This document shows positions 40,280-49,702 of a stretch of DNA of 64,000 nucleotides, in pieces. The DNA comes from Candidatus Latescibacterota bacterium. GTDB taxonomy: Bacteria > Latescibacterota > UBA2968 > UBA8231. Every line of letters starts with the position of its first letter. The stretch's first letter is position 1. The position numbers and the translations under genes are program-made. The notes under the pieces were generated by a model. It was given only the letters and a program-made list of their open reading frames with translations. It made no database searches and was not told the origin of the DNA. The stretch is from NCBI GenBank assembly GCA_965215195.1, contig CBDCDC010000002.1:224001-288000 (forward strand). Reading direction: 5' to 3'.

Positions 40280-40858
40280 TCACTCGGCCCATATATTGGC
40301 CAAGTCCAGCGCAAACTTAGGCAGCACCGGCTCGCCAGAAATCGCGCTCGTGCCGATCAGCACCTCCACTGGCTGTCCGCGCCGATACACTTCCACCCGG
40401 TATTCCGACGGATCGATCAACCAGCCCAATCGCGCTCCACACGCCGCGTACTCGCGCATCTTCTCCTGCACTGCATAGAGAGAGTCGCTCTCCGAGCGCA
40501 GCTCGACGACAAAGTCGGGACACAGCGGCAAAAAATGCCGGCGCTCCTCAGCGCTCAACCCTTCCAAGTGCCCCTTCTCCACCCAGGCCGCATCGGGCGA
40601 GCGCACGGTGCCGTTGGGCAGGCGGAAGCCGCCGGAAGAATCAAATAAAACCCCGGTCCCATCTCGCCTAGCCCATACCCCCAATTGCACAATAATCTCG
40701 GCATTGCGCCGACTGGTCTCTCCTCCGGTAGGCGGCATGATAACTATATCTCCCTCAGCGTTGCGCTCTAGACGCATGTCTGGATTGTTCTGGCAGAGGG
40801 CGTAGAAGTGCTCGTCATCCATATCGACCACGGCTTCCATGCGTAGTACCATTTCCAT
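40280..40858 (-). CDS. Uma2 family endonuclease
   Basis: IMPPTGGET, FDSSGGFRLPNG..RSPDAAW, PLCPDFVVELRS.SD, KMREY and LGWLIDP. Confidence 0.93.
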   Translation of the reverse strand: MEMVLRMEAVVDMDDEHFYALCQNNPDMRLERNAEGDIVIMPPTGGETSRRNAEIIVQLGVWARRDGTGVLFDSSGGFRLPNGTVRSPDAAWVEKGHLEGLSAEERRHFLPLCPDFVVELRSESDSLYAVQEKMREYAACGARLGWLIDPSEYRVEVYRRGQPVEVLIGTSAISGEPVLPKFALDLANIWAE

Positions 40859-40941
40859 CGTCGCGCTCCTTTTGGGGGCATAGAATCGCGCATTGTCAAT
40901 ATGTGCGCCGAATAGGGGACCTATCAACCCGTCGCATTGGC

Positions 40942-41484
40942 TCAAGCTCCTCGGAAGCTGTCCATGTCCGGCGCGATGGACTGCCCGCGCTCCAAGTCGA
41001 AGTCTATTTCCACGGAGTGCGCTTGGTAATTTTGGTCGCCGCGCGTGGTTTGGTACACGTCGTGGCCCTCGACGCAGATGGGCATGGTGTGCCACACCCC
41101 GAGGTGCAAGCAGACGCCCATGTCGCCGGCCGAGTAAAAAGCGCGCAGTTCCTCGGCTTGGATGTCGGCTTGGATCGCCCCGACGATAAACACGCTCGGC
41201 GAGTGCAAGCTGGGGTAAAACGACTGGCCAGCGTCCGTGTGAAAGGCAAAATGGGCGCGTTCTAGTCCCTCGGAGATGGGCACGCGCTGGGGGTGGGGCG
41301 CGTACCAGCCGGGGCCATCTTTGGGCTCGGGGCCGGGCGTGGCGAGGACCGGGTAGGCGTTGGTCGCATAACCGCCTTTGACCTTGTCCGGCTTGCGTTC
41401 CTCAAAGGTGCGAATGACGTGGCCGAAGGGAGCAAACGGCTCGGGCGCGAGCCGTTCGACTGGGATTTTCACGAGGTTCCACAT
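40942..41484 (-). CDS. Ureidoglycolate lyase-like cupin protein
   Basis: E.LAPEPFAPFGHVI, H...GQSF, LRAF and GVWHTMP. Confidence 0.75.
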   Translation of the reverse strand: MWNLVKIPVERLAPEPFAPFGHVIRTFEERKPDKVKGGYATNAYPVLATPGPEPKDGPGWYAPHPQRVPISEGLERAHFAFHTDAGQSFYPSLHSPSVFIVGAIQADIQAEELRAFYSAGDMGVCLHLGVWHTMPICVEGHDVYQTTRGDQNYQAHSVEIDFDLERGQSIAPDMDSFRGA

Positions 41485-41553
41485 GGCAATCTCCTTTGGA
41501 AGTGGTTCGTGTCCGGTGGCCAGCCCCGGTCCCAAGTTGGAGAGAACTGGCCA

Positions 41554-42798
41554 CTATTCAAGGCCCAAGGCGGCGTCTATCTCCGCTTGGTAGGCGTACG
41601 ATTGGCAGGATTCGACCGCGCTGAGCGACACCGGGCCGCCGGCGCACCACGACTCAAACACCGCGTAGAGCGCGGCCACGTCCTTAAGGCCGCAGCGACC
41701 ATCCACTTCGACCGTGCGCTGGCCGCGAATGGCTTCGGCCATTTCGTGCAGCTCGTACGCGATCAGTTTTAGATCGACGAGCGGGTCGCCGGCCGAGACT
41801 CCGCTCGGAAAGAGGTAGTGAGTCAGCGGGTCGAATGCCAGCCCCGCGCCCTCAGCAGACGCGAGGATGGCCTCTTGGCTTAGCGCCTCGGCTCCGTGCC
41901 GCTCAAGCGTTATGCGCCCTCCGCGCACACCAAAGCCGTCAATGCTGCCGTCGGGGCCCATGATTAGTTCGCGGTGCGCCCCCGCGTGGCCGGCGATCCC
42001 GACGAGCCAGTTCAGGGTCGCGCCGCTGGCCATTTTGAAAATTGCTTGGGTCATATCCTCGGCCGCAGCGGGTATGCGCTCTGGCATGGCCGCGAAGCGC
42101 TTTTTGTAGAATGCGTAGTCCATGGACATGGCCGCCGATTTTTGCCGCTCCGGTTCCACCAGCCGCGCATCGGCATAGACTTCGGCAATCTCGCCTAACT
42201 GGTAGCGGATCATGTGAGTAAAATGCACGGCCATGTCGAGGATAAAGCCGCCGAGTTCGCGGCGGTGTCGCCACGGGGAGATGAAAATGGAATTGCCCGC
42301 GCCCAGCGAATGGTACAACCCCATGTAGGGCGTGCCGATGGCACCGGTGTCGATTAGGTGGCGCACGATGCGGGCCGAAGGGTCGCGGCGGAAATTTTCG
42401 GCCACCGCGACAATGCGCTGATTGCGCGCGGCTGCGTCGAGGATCCGCTGGCAGGCCCGCACTGTGATGGCCAGCGGCTTTTCCACCAGCACGTGCAATC
42501 CCAAGTCGAGGGCTTCGCAGACGACGGTGTGATGCACCGCAGGATCCGTCACCACATCTACGCCCTCCAAGTCCGGCACCTGCTGTACCATCTCCTCCAT
42601 ATCGGTGCAGACCTCGGGGCGGGTCCCGAGGAGCCTTTCGGCTTCGGCCGCGGCCATTGCGGCGTTTTCCGCGCGGATGTCGCAGACCGCGCTCAGTTCG
42701 ACTGCGTCGAAGGGGGAGTCGGCTAGCTGCTTGAGGCCGTGTACATGGCGGGTGCCCATGCCGCCGCAGCCGACGAGGGCCAAGCGCACCTTGTCCAT
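41554..42798 (-). CDS. Gfo/Idh/MocA family oxidoreductase
   Basis: LVGCGGMG, HVLVEKPLA, AENFRRDP and LDMAVH. Confidence 0.93.
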   Translation of the reverse strand: MDKVRLALVGCGGMGTRHVHGLKQLADSPFDAVELSAVCDIRAENAAMAAAEAERLLGTRPEVCTDMEEMVQQVPDLEGVDVVTDPAVHHTVVCEALDLGLHVLVEKPLAITVRACQRILDAAARNQRIVAVAENFRRDPSARIVRHLIDTGAIGTPYMGLYHSLGAGNSIFISPWRHRRELGGFILDMAVHFTHMIRYQLGEIAEVYADARLVEPERQKSAAMSMDYAFYKKRFAAMPERIPAAAEDMTQAIFKMASGATLNWLVGIAGHAGAHRELIMGPDGSIDGFGVRGGRITLERHGAEALSQEAILASAEGAGLAFDPLTHYLFPSGVSAGDPLVDLKLIAYELHEMAEAIRGQRTVEVDGRCGLKDVAALYAVFESWCAGGPVSLSAVESCQSYAYQAEIDAALGLE

Positions 42799-42801
42799 TG
42801 G

Positions 42802-43320
42802 CTACTCCTGCCAGTTGGGGACGCGGCTCATGTCGGGCAGCAGGGCCAAGCCGCGGTCTTGGTCGAAGTGGACATCAACCGAGTGGTCGCGATAGTTCTG
42901 GTTGCCGCGCGCGGTTAGGTACACCTCCTCGCCGCGCAGGCACACCGGCATGGTGTGCCACACCTTTAGGTTCATGCAGATGCCGGTGCTGCCGTCCGAG
43001 TAAAAGGCGCGCAGATCCTCCGGCTCGATCATGGGCTGGACCGGAGCCACGAAAAAGACGGTTGGGCAGTGCCGGCTCGGATAGAAGGACTGCCCGGCAT
43101 CGTCGTGAAAGGCAAAGTGCGCCCGCAGCCGGCCCTCGGATAGGTCGAGCTGATCGGATGTGGGGTCTTTGACCTCGGCCCGCACGCTGTACGCACGCTC
43201 GATTAGCTCGCCTACCACGACCTCGGGTTTGGCCTCGTCAAAAGTGGAGATGACTTGCCCGAAAGGGGCAAAGGCCGAGGGAGTCAGCGGCTCTACGGGA
43301 ACCTTGAGAATTTTTAGCAC
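42802..43320 (-). CDS. Ureidoglycolate lyase-like cupin protein (paralog of 40942-41484)
   Basis: VEPLTPSAFAPFGQVI, RAHFAFHDDAGQSFYPS, LRAFYS and VWHTMP. Confidence 0.75.
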   Translation of the reverse strand: MLKILKVPVEPLTPSAFAPFGQVISTFDEAKPEVVVGELIERAYSVRAEVKDPTSDQLDLSEGRLRAHFAFHDDAGQSFYPSRHCPTVFFVAPVQPMIEPEDLRAFYSDGSTGICMNLKVWHTMPVCLRGEEVYLTARGNQNYRDHSVDVHFDQDRGLALLPDMSRVPNWQE

Positions 43321-43336
43321 GGCAACGCTCCTTTTG

Positions 43337-44854
43337 TCAGAAGGCCAGCAGCATCGGCCCCATTCGCTCTAGCAAGAGGGCCCGGTAGCGCTCGGCTTTG
43401 GCCACTTGCAGCCGTTCGAGCGAGTTAAAGTCGTCGGTGATGAGTTCGCCCTCAGCGGGCATGGGATATTCGTGCGCTGCGAGCCAGTCGGCTGCCGCGT
43501 CGAGGGAAATCGGCTGCTGCGACGCCAAGAACACAAAGTCGTTAAACGCTTCGCCCGGCAGCGAGACGAGGGCCAGTTGATGCGGATAGACCTCGCCCAG
43601 CGTCCGGTACACGGCCGCCGCGGCCGCGGCCTCTGGCCCCTCGGTAAAGCCGACGAAGTTCAAGGCCAAGAGCCCGTCGTCTTTGAGGAGCCGGTTGAGG
43701 TCGTCGAGCATTTCGACGCTCAGCAGGTGGCTGGGCACGGACCCGCCGGTAAAGCAGTCGTGGACGATGAAGTCGTATTGCTGGTCGAGGCGGCGGATTT
43801 CGTAGCGGGCGTCGCCGACCCGCAGCGTACCCGATGGCTCGTAGAGAAAGTATTGCTGCGCGGCTTTGGCCACCTCGGGGTCCAGCTCTAGGGCGTCCGT
43901 GGCAATGCCTTGGGCCGCAAACGCCATGGCAATGTAGCCTCCGCCGAGGCCGATCAGCAGTGCGTTGCGCCCCTGCGGGTGTAACTGGGGCAGGGCGGCG
44001 ATGATTTTTTGGTAGCTGAGCACTGGCCCGTGCGTGTCGAGCCGCAGCGCGCTGATGACCGAAGCGTCCGACAGCATCCACCGCACCCGGCGGGCGCGGT
44101 CATCGACGACCCGCACCCAGCCGTAGTGGCTTTCGGCTTGATGGACTAGGCGATAATCGCCGTATCCGGTCGGCCCCGCGCCGGTTTGCAGCCACAGCCC
44201 CGCGCCGGTCGCAATCGCCGCGGCTGCGACCGGCCCCAGCACTGCGTGCCCCCACCGCCGCTCGTACAGTGCCACGACGAGTGCCAACAGGATCAAGGCC
44301 GCGCTGACTCCGCAGAGAATCACCCGCGACCCAAGGGCCGGCAGCAAGAAAAAACCCAACAGCAAAGTGCCCGCCACGCTGCCGACCGTGCTGACCGCAA
44401 AGACCGAGCCGGCCGCCATGCCCACGCCCGCCCGCCGCCGCGCCGCCAGCTCAATCACCTGCGGCCCCACCATCCCGAGACAGGTCAGCGGCAGGGCGAA
44501 AAGGAGCAGGGCACTGGTAAAGGCCCCGGCGCGCAGCCCCAGATCATTGGTCCACAGCAAAACTGGGCGGCAGACAAGCGGAATCGCGGCCGTCGTCAGC
44601 CCGGCGAGTGCTATGGCGTGGGAAAGCCGAAAGCGCGTCTGCTTGTCGGCAACCAAGCCCCCGAGAAAATAGCCCAGTGCCAAGGCGATCAAAGCGACGG
44701 ATATGAGTGCCGACCACACGTAGAGACTGACCCCGTAAAAGGGGCCGATGACGCGCGTGCCCAACAGCTCTAGCATCATCACCGCGGCCCCGGAGATGGT
44801 GACGGTGCCGTAGAGCAGCAGCCGATCCGGGTGAGTTGTGCGTTCTTCAGTCAT
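43337..44854 (-). CDS. Fused MFS-like membrane domain / spermidine synthase-like SAM-dependent domain
   Basis: SGAAVMMLELLGTR...GVSLYVW, STVGSVAG, LIGLGGG, ELDPEV, GDAR and ITDDFN. Confidence 0.9.
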   Translation of the reverse strand: MTEERTTHPDRLLLYGTVTISGAAVMMLELLGTRVIGPFYGVSLYVWSALISVALIALALGYFLGGLVADKQTRFRLSHAIALAGLTTAAIPLVCRPVLLWTNDLGLRAGAFTSALLLFALPLTCLGMVGPQVIELAARRRAGVGMAAGSVFAVSTVGSVAGTLLLGFFLLPALGSRVILCGVSAALILLALVVALYERRWGHAVLGPVAAAAIATGAGLWLQTGAGPTGYGDYRLVHQAESHYGWVRVVDDRARRVRWMLSDASVISALRLDTHGPVLSYQKIIAALPQLHPQGRNALLIGLGGGYIAMAFAAQGIATDALELDPEVAKAAQQYFLYEPSGTLRVGDARYEIRRLDQQYDFIVHDCFTGGSVPSHLLSVEMLDDLNRLLKDDGLLALNFVGFTEGPEAAAAAAVYRTLGEVYPHQLALVSLPGEAFNDFVFLASQQPISLDAAADWLAAHEYPMPAEGELITDDFNSLERLQVAKAERYRALLLERMGPMLLAF

Positions 44855-46205
44855 GCTCGCTGTTTTCTTTGGCGGCTTGCGCGAGTTGTTCGTAGCGCTG
44901 CATAGCGGCGGTCGCCCGTGCGCCCCGCCCTTGGCTCTGGTAGAGACGCGCTAGGTGGAAATGGGCGTCCGCGTAGTCCGGCTCTAGGCGGAGTGCTTTG
45001 GCGAGGGCTTGGTGCGCCCGTTGCACGTCGCCGCCTAGCATGTAAGCCGCTCCGAGGTTGGTGTAGCCCTTGGCGTAGCGCGGGTTGAGCGACAAGGCGA
45101 TCTCGTAGTGTTCGATGGCCTCGGCGACGCGGCCCTGCCGCAACAATACATTGGCGAGGTTGTTGCGCGCACTTAGATCTTGGTCGTTGATGCGGAGTGC
45201 GGCCGCGTACTCGACGCCAGCCTCGGCGTAGCGACCCAAGCCGCCGTAGAGTACGCCGAGGTTGTAATGCGCGTTGGCGTCGTCGGGATAGAGGCTGAGG
45301 ATGTAGCGGAACCGCTCAATGTTGTCATACGCGGGTTGGATGCGCTGGAAGGTGGCCAATAGCTTCTCGCCCTGCTCTGCGTCTCCTTGGCGCGTCAAGA
45401 GGCTGCCGAGTCGGTGGTATGCCTCGGGATCAAAGGGGTCGAGGGCAATGGCGCGGGCAAAGAGCTGCTCGGCCTCGTGGGCGTGGCCCTGCTGGGCGCG
45501 CACTTGGCCAAGCCCGATGTACGGTGCTGCGTCGTCCGGGTGCAGGCCCATGGCCCGCGCGAAGTTGGCGGCCGCTGCTGAGAGCTGGCCCTGCTTGTGC
45601 TGGATTTGCCCCAGTCGGAGATAGGCGTCGCCGTATGCAGTGTCGATTTCCGCGGCGCGGGCGAACGCACGGCTGGCCGCGCCGTATTGCGCTTGGCGCT
45701 CGTATAGTACGCCGAGGTTGTAGTGAATGGCTGCATCGTCGGCGGCCCGCGCCTGCGCTTGCTGCAAGACCGCGACCGCTTCGGCGTAGCGGCTGTCGTC
45801 CGCGTAGGCAATGGCCAGCTTGCGGTAGAGATCGATGCGGTCGGGGGCGGTGGCGAGGCCCTCTTGGTAGGTGGTTGCCGCATCGGCGTTGCGCCGCTGC
45901 CGCACGTAAATGTCGCCCAAGAGGACATAGGCGTCGGTGTGGTCGGGGGCCAGCGCGACGGCCTGTTCGGCTAGCTGGGACGCCAGCCCCAAGCGCCCTT
46001 GGATCAAGTCGAGGCGGGCCAGCAGCAGGCGGGCCGCGAGGTGCTGGCTGTCTGCTGAGAGCACCTGCTTGCAGACTGCGACTGCTGCGGTGTACTCGCC
46101 GGCGGCAAGCAGGCGCTGGGCTTCGTCGAAGCGGTCGTTTGGTTCGCTTGGGTTGCCGCAGGCCGCGAGCAGTGCGGCCACCCAAATCCTAAACCTGAGA
46201 ATCAT
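44847..46205 (-). CDS. TPR repeat lipoprotein
   Basis: Lipobox LAAC; many TPR units (AHYNLGVLY, ARNNLANV, YTNLGAAY). Confidence 0.88.
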   Translation of the reverse strand: MILRFRIWVAALLAACGNPSEPNDRFDEAQRLLAAGEYTAAVAVCKQVLSADSQHLAARLLLARLDLIQGRLGLASQLAEQAVALAPDHTDAYVLLGDIYVRQRRNADAATTYQEGLATAPDRIDLYRKLAIAYADDSRYAEAVAVLQQAQARAADDAAIHYNLGVLYERQAQYGAASRAFARAAEIDTAYGDAYLRLGQIQHKQGQLSAAAANFARAMGLHPDDAAPYIGLGQVRAQQGHAHEAEQLFARAIALDPFDPEAYHRLGSLLTRQGDAEQGEKLLATFQRIQPAYDNIERFRYILSLYPDDANAHYNLGVLYGGLGRYAEAGVEYAAALRINDQDLSARNNLANVLLRQGRVAEAIEHYEIALSLNPRYAKGYTNLGAAYMLGGDVQRAHQALAKALRLEPDYADAHFHLARLYQSQGRGARATAAMQRYEQLAQAAKENSEHD

Positions 46206-47859
46206 ACATGGCCGCGAGGTGATCCCGGTAGATGGAGATGTTCGCGGTGTGCTTTTCGCGCAAGTGGCTGGTCAGCGCACCGTAGAGGCGGTTTTCCTCC
46301 TCTTTGGTCCACCAGTAGCGCACCTGTTTTTCCACCTCTTCGTAGGGCTTTGGTGCGGCGGCCGTTTTGTGCAGCACCTCGAACAGGGAGAAGCCGCCTT
46401 GGCGGTGCTCGGTTGCTGCAATTTCGATGGGGCCGGTCAGCACCCCTACTTCCGCCTCGAGGGCTGCGGTCAGCAACTCGCCGAAAGCCACCCGCTCAAA
46501 GGAGTGAATGTGGAAGGAACCTGCGGCGTGGCCTTGGCGGATGCTGTGCTGCGCCGCCAACTCGCCCATGTCGGCACCGGCCCGGATCTGTGCGGCGAGG
46601 GCCTCGGCTTCTGCGCGGGTGGCGACGAGGATTTCTCGCACCTCTAGGGTTTGGTCTTCCATAAAGCGGTGTGAATTGGCCTCGTAGTAGCGCCTGAGCG
46701 CGTCTTCGCTCAGATCGACGCGCGCTTGTACGCGGCGGGCGCGCAGCTCATCCACGAGCATGGCGCGCTTCTTGCGCTTTAGCCAATCGACGATCTGCGG
46801 CTCTTGGGCCAGCCCGCGGTGCTCGATCTCCAGTGGAAAAAGCACTTCGGGCACGAGATAGAGCCGGACGAATTCGTCTAGGCCGCTGCTGTCGGCGCGT
46901 ACGCGAGCGACTCGGCTCACCTTTGGATAGAGCGCGTTGAAGTCGGCTTGCGCGATTTGTCCGCCGTTATAGCGGCCGAGGACGCCGGCAGGGTCCATAT
47001 CGGCCACTGTGCCGGCCGCGACGTTTGCGGCGAGATTGACCACGGCGCGGGCGTCTAGATCGACCTCGTATGCCCGCATCAATTCGGCGACAAGGGCCCG
47101 GCGGCGCTCGCCGTGGGCGGCCAGCAGCGCACCTTGGGAAAAGACGAGGTAATAGCTAGCGGGTGCCGGGCGTTCGTCCAAGACCTTGTATAGGTCGTGG
47201 TAATCCCCGACCACAAACGGTGCGCTGACCTCGCCTTTGGCCAAGTCAAAGATGGCTTCGGCCACCTCTAGGGGGACCTCCAAGGCGTCGAGATTACCGC
47301 GCCCGAAGTAGGATTCCAACACGCCTTGGTGCCGCCCATCTTGGCGGTGGGTCAGGTGTGCGCCGGACAACTCCGCAAAGGGGGTGCCGCCCTCTAGCTG
47401 GCGCAACACCTGCGCGGCTTCGTCGGCCGTGGCCGAGCGAATGCGCGCCAACTTCAGGAGCCGATTCCACTTACTCTCGCTCCACTGCCGCTTTATTTCC
47501 TCCGGCGACAGGTCAATTTTGTCTTGGATTTCTAACTGGATGAATTCTTCAAAGAGCTTGTTCTCGCGCGCCTCGGCCCATTTTTCGGCAAAGCTCGAGT
47601 CGGCCGCGAGCGGCTGGGCCTCCAGCAGCAGCAGTTCCATGTCGATCATGGCTTGGAGGTATTCGTCGAGCGCCTCAATGCCTTCCTTCTCGGAGAGCAA
47701 GAGGGCGGGCATAGTGCCCTTAAAGCGCAGTACGTCCTCAAAGGTAATATCGACTTGGCCGACGCGGGCGACGACGCTTTTGTCAACTGGGGAGAAACTG
47801 CAAGCGGCAATGAGCGACAAACAGCCGATTGCGCGTATTGCCTTAGCTCTTGTCTGCAC
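46189..47859 (-). CDS. Parvulin/SurA-like peptidyl-prolyl isomerase lipoprotein with two PpiC-like domains; start uncertain (GTG 47859)
   Basis: IAAC lipobox; VVARVG...IT; REILVAT..EA..L...I..GADM.ELA..HS; GVLTGPIE. Confidence 0.78.
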   Translation of the reverse strand: MQTRAKAIRAIGCLSLIAACSFSPVDKSVVARVGQVDITFEDVLRFKGTMPALLLSEKEGIEALDEYLQAMIDMELLLLEAQPLAADSSFAEKWAEARENKLFEEFIQLEIQDKIDLSPEEIKRQWSESKWNRLLKLARIRSATADEAAQVLRQLEGGTPFAELSGAHLTHRQDGRHQGVLESYFGRGNLDALEVPLEVAEAIFDLAKGEVSAPFVVGDYHDLYKVLDERPAPASYYLVFSQGALLAAHGERRRALVAELMRAYEVDLDARAVVNLAANVAAGTVADMDPAGVLGRYNGGQIAQADFNALYPKVSRVARVRADSSGLDEFVRLYLVPEVLFPLEIEHRGLAQEPQIVDWLKRKKRAMLVDELRARRVQARVDLSEDALRRYYEANSHRFMEDQTLEVREILVATRAEAEALAAQIRAGADMGELAAQHSIRQGHAAGSFHIHSFERVAFGELLTAALEAEVGVLTGPIEIAATEHRQGGFSLFEVLHKTAAAPKPYEEVEKQVRYWWTKEEENRLYGALTSHLREKHTANISIYRDHLAAMYDSQV

Positions 47860-48595
47860 GCCGAGTCCGGGCGTAGTACACTTCGCGCTGGAAATCATAG
47901 GGGATATCCACGGTCTCCACAGGCGCGTCGCGGAAGTCGAATCTCAGCACCATATCGCGGACCCATAGCGTGAATTCCTCGACGTCGCGGTCGAGCGGGG
48001 GAAAGACCAAATACCCCTCTTGCTCTTGGCCGCTGAAGATCACGTCGTCGGCAAACAGGGTGCGCTGCAAGAGATCGCGCCGCGCCTTGAACCCCTTGCG
48101 CGCATTGCCGCCGTAGGCTTGGGCGTAGGGCCAATAGTACTCGGTCAGGGCGAGGAGAGTGAGCGCTTGGTAGCGACGCCCGTTGGGGGCGATCAATTCG
48201 ATGTTGGCTGGATTTAGGCGCACCTTGGGATAGGCGTAGTTTTTGACCTTGACTAAAAACACGGTAAACCGCGTCGGGGCCTCCGCTTCGCCGGGCGGCG
48301 TCCAGTCGCCATAGGTGTAGGGATTGGTCGCCACTGCGTAGGGGTTGGGCAGGATAAAGCCCGCAGGGGCCTCTGAGACGCCGGTGAATTGCCGGTTCAG
48401 GGCTGCGGACGACATGGGCAACATGGCTACCTCTAGGCGGTCTTTGACGAAAGTGATGCTGTGATCGTCGCCGACCAAGTAGTTGTCGTCCGCGATTTCT
48501 GCGGGCACGACCGGGCCGGTAAAGTGCCGATACCCGAACTTCAAGCCGCATCCGGCGAGCGCGATTAGCAGGAGCAAGCTACCCAATTTCTTCAT
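47843..48595 (-). CDS. Uncharacterised lipoprotein
   Basis: MKKLGSLLLLIALAGC lipobox; NPYTYGDW; FTVFLVKVKNYAYPKV. Confidence 0.8.
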   Translation of the reverse strand: MKKLGSLLLLIALAGCGLKFGYRHFTGPVVPAEIADDNYLVGDDHSITFVKDRLEVAMLPMSSAALNRQFTGVSEAPAGFILPNPYAVATNPYTYGDWTPPGEAEAPTRFTVFLVKVKNYAYPKVRLNPANIELIAPNGRRYQALTLLALTEYYWPYAQAYGGNARKGFKARRDLLQRTLFADDVIFSGQEQEGYLVFPPLDRDVEEFTLWVRDMVLRFDFRDAPVETVDIPYDFQREVYYARTRRADKS

Positions 48596-48614
48596 GGCTA
48601 CTCTCGCTTCTTTG

Positions 48615-48654
48615 TACAAGACGAGGAGGGGCGGCGGCCCCTCCTCTCTTTGTA
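48615..48654 (-). terminator. Intergenic GC hairpin (terminator/attenuator-like)
   Basis: gaggagggg / cccctcctc stem downstream of the CBM9-like gene. Confidence 0.55.
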
Positions 48655-48677
48655 GATAGCTGGTGTAGCAGCCTTGT

Positions 48678-49592
48678 TTAGTCGAGCTGGTTGTTCAAAT
48701 GGCTCTTGACTCGCCCCCAACTCGTGGCTTCGACGGCCGTGTCTTCCTCGGGTTCGTCGGCTTCCAGCAAGATGTAGTCGAGCATCTGGTCGCCCTTCTG
48801 GTCTTGGCCTGTGGAGCCGCCCAGCGGATAGAGCTGGTGCTTGGCCCCGGTCTCGCCGCCGTCGCCGTCGAGCGGACGTACGCCGATGTGGGTCACTTGG
48901 TCATTTTCAAATATGTGCCGAATCGCCTCGTCTTGCGTCACGCCGTGGATATCCCAAAAGGCGTTGCGGAACTCAAAGGTGTAGGAGACGTTGGTCGAGA
49001 AGTGCTCGGCATCCGGCGGATTGACGGTCCAAGCGATCTCAAAGATGTCGCCCGTAGGCTCGCCTTCAAACATGTCCGAGCTCCAGCCGATCGGCGGCAG
49101 GTCGATGTATTCGAGCAAGCTGTTGTACGCCACGGGCTGGCCCGGCAGCGGCTTGATGCGCAGGTGATAGCGCTGGGCGTTGAGGACCTGATCGACGTTT
49201 TCGCCCAAGAAGTCGCCGCCCGAATGGTCCGGGTCGAAGGTGATTTGGATGCAGTCGTCGTTCCACCAGCGCTTCTGGTCTTCTTCGATCAGGCGCAGAG
49301 TGTCGTCTTGAACGCGGATAAAGAAGTAGAAGCGATTGTCCGGCGGTTCGCTCCACGCCATCAGAATGCTGACGTCGTAGTCTTCCTTGGCGATGGTCTC
49401 GCCCCCGGCGGTGAACATGCCCTCGGTCGTGAGGATGAACTCCTCGTCCAGCCAGCCCCAATCGTCTTCGAGGCCGTCGATAGTCATGGCGCTGGGGTTG
49501 GGTACGCCTGGGATGAAGTACTCAGCGCCGACGTGCGCATTGGCCGGGCTGGCCAAGGCGCAAACGACAAAAAGAAAAAGGAACTTTTTCAT
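48678..49592 (-). CDS. Secreted CBM9/DOMON-like protein with C-terminal TAVEATSWGRVK motif
   Basis: Signal peptide; TIDGLEDDW; YFFIRVQDD; WWNDDCIQITFDPDHSGG. Confidence 0.75.
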   Translation of the reverse strand: MKKFLFLFVVCALASPANAHVGAEYFIPGVPNPSAMTIDGLEDDWGWLDEEFILTTEGMFTAGGETIAKEDYDVSILMAWSEPPDNRFYFFIRVQDDTLRLIEEDQKRWWNDDCIQITFDPDHSGGDFLGENVDQVLNAQRYHLRIKPLPGQPVAYNSLLEYIDLPPIGWSSDMFEGEPTGDIFEIAWTVNPPDAEHFSTNVSYTFEFRNAFWDIHGVTQDEAIRHIFENDQVTHIGVRPLDGDGGETGAKHQLYPLGGSTGQDQKGDQMLDYILLEADEPEEDTAVEATSWGRVKSHLNNQLD

Positions 49593-49702
49593 GCTTTCCC
49601 TCCGTGGGATTGGTGATGTAGCTACCGACGATTCATCTTATAGAAAGCCCTATACTACATTTTTTGCGGGTGCTTAGCAAGCGCAATTTTCGCCGTTCCC
49701 GC

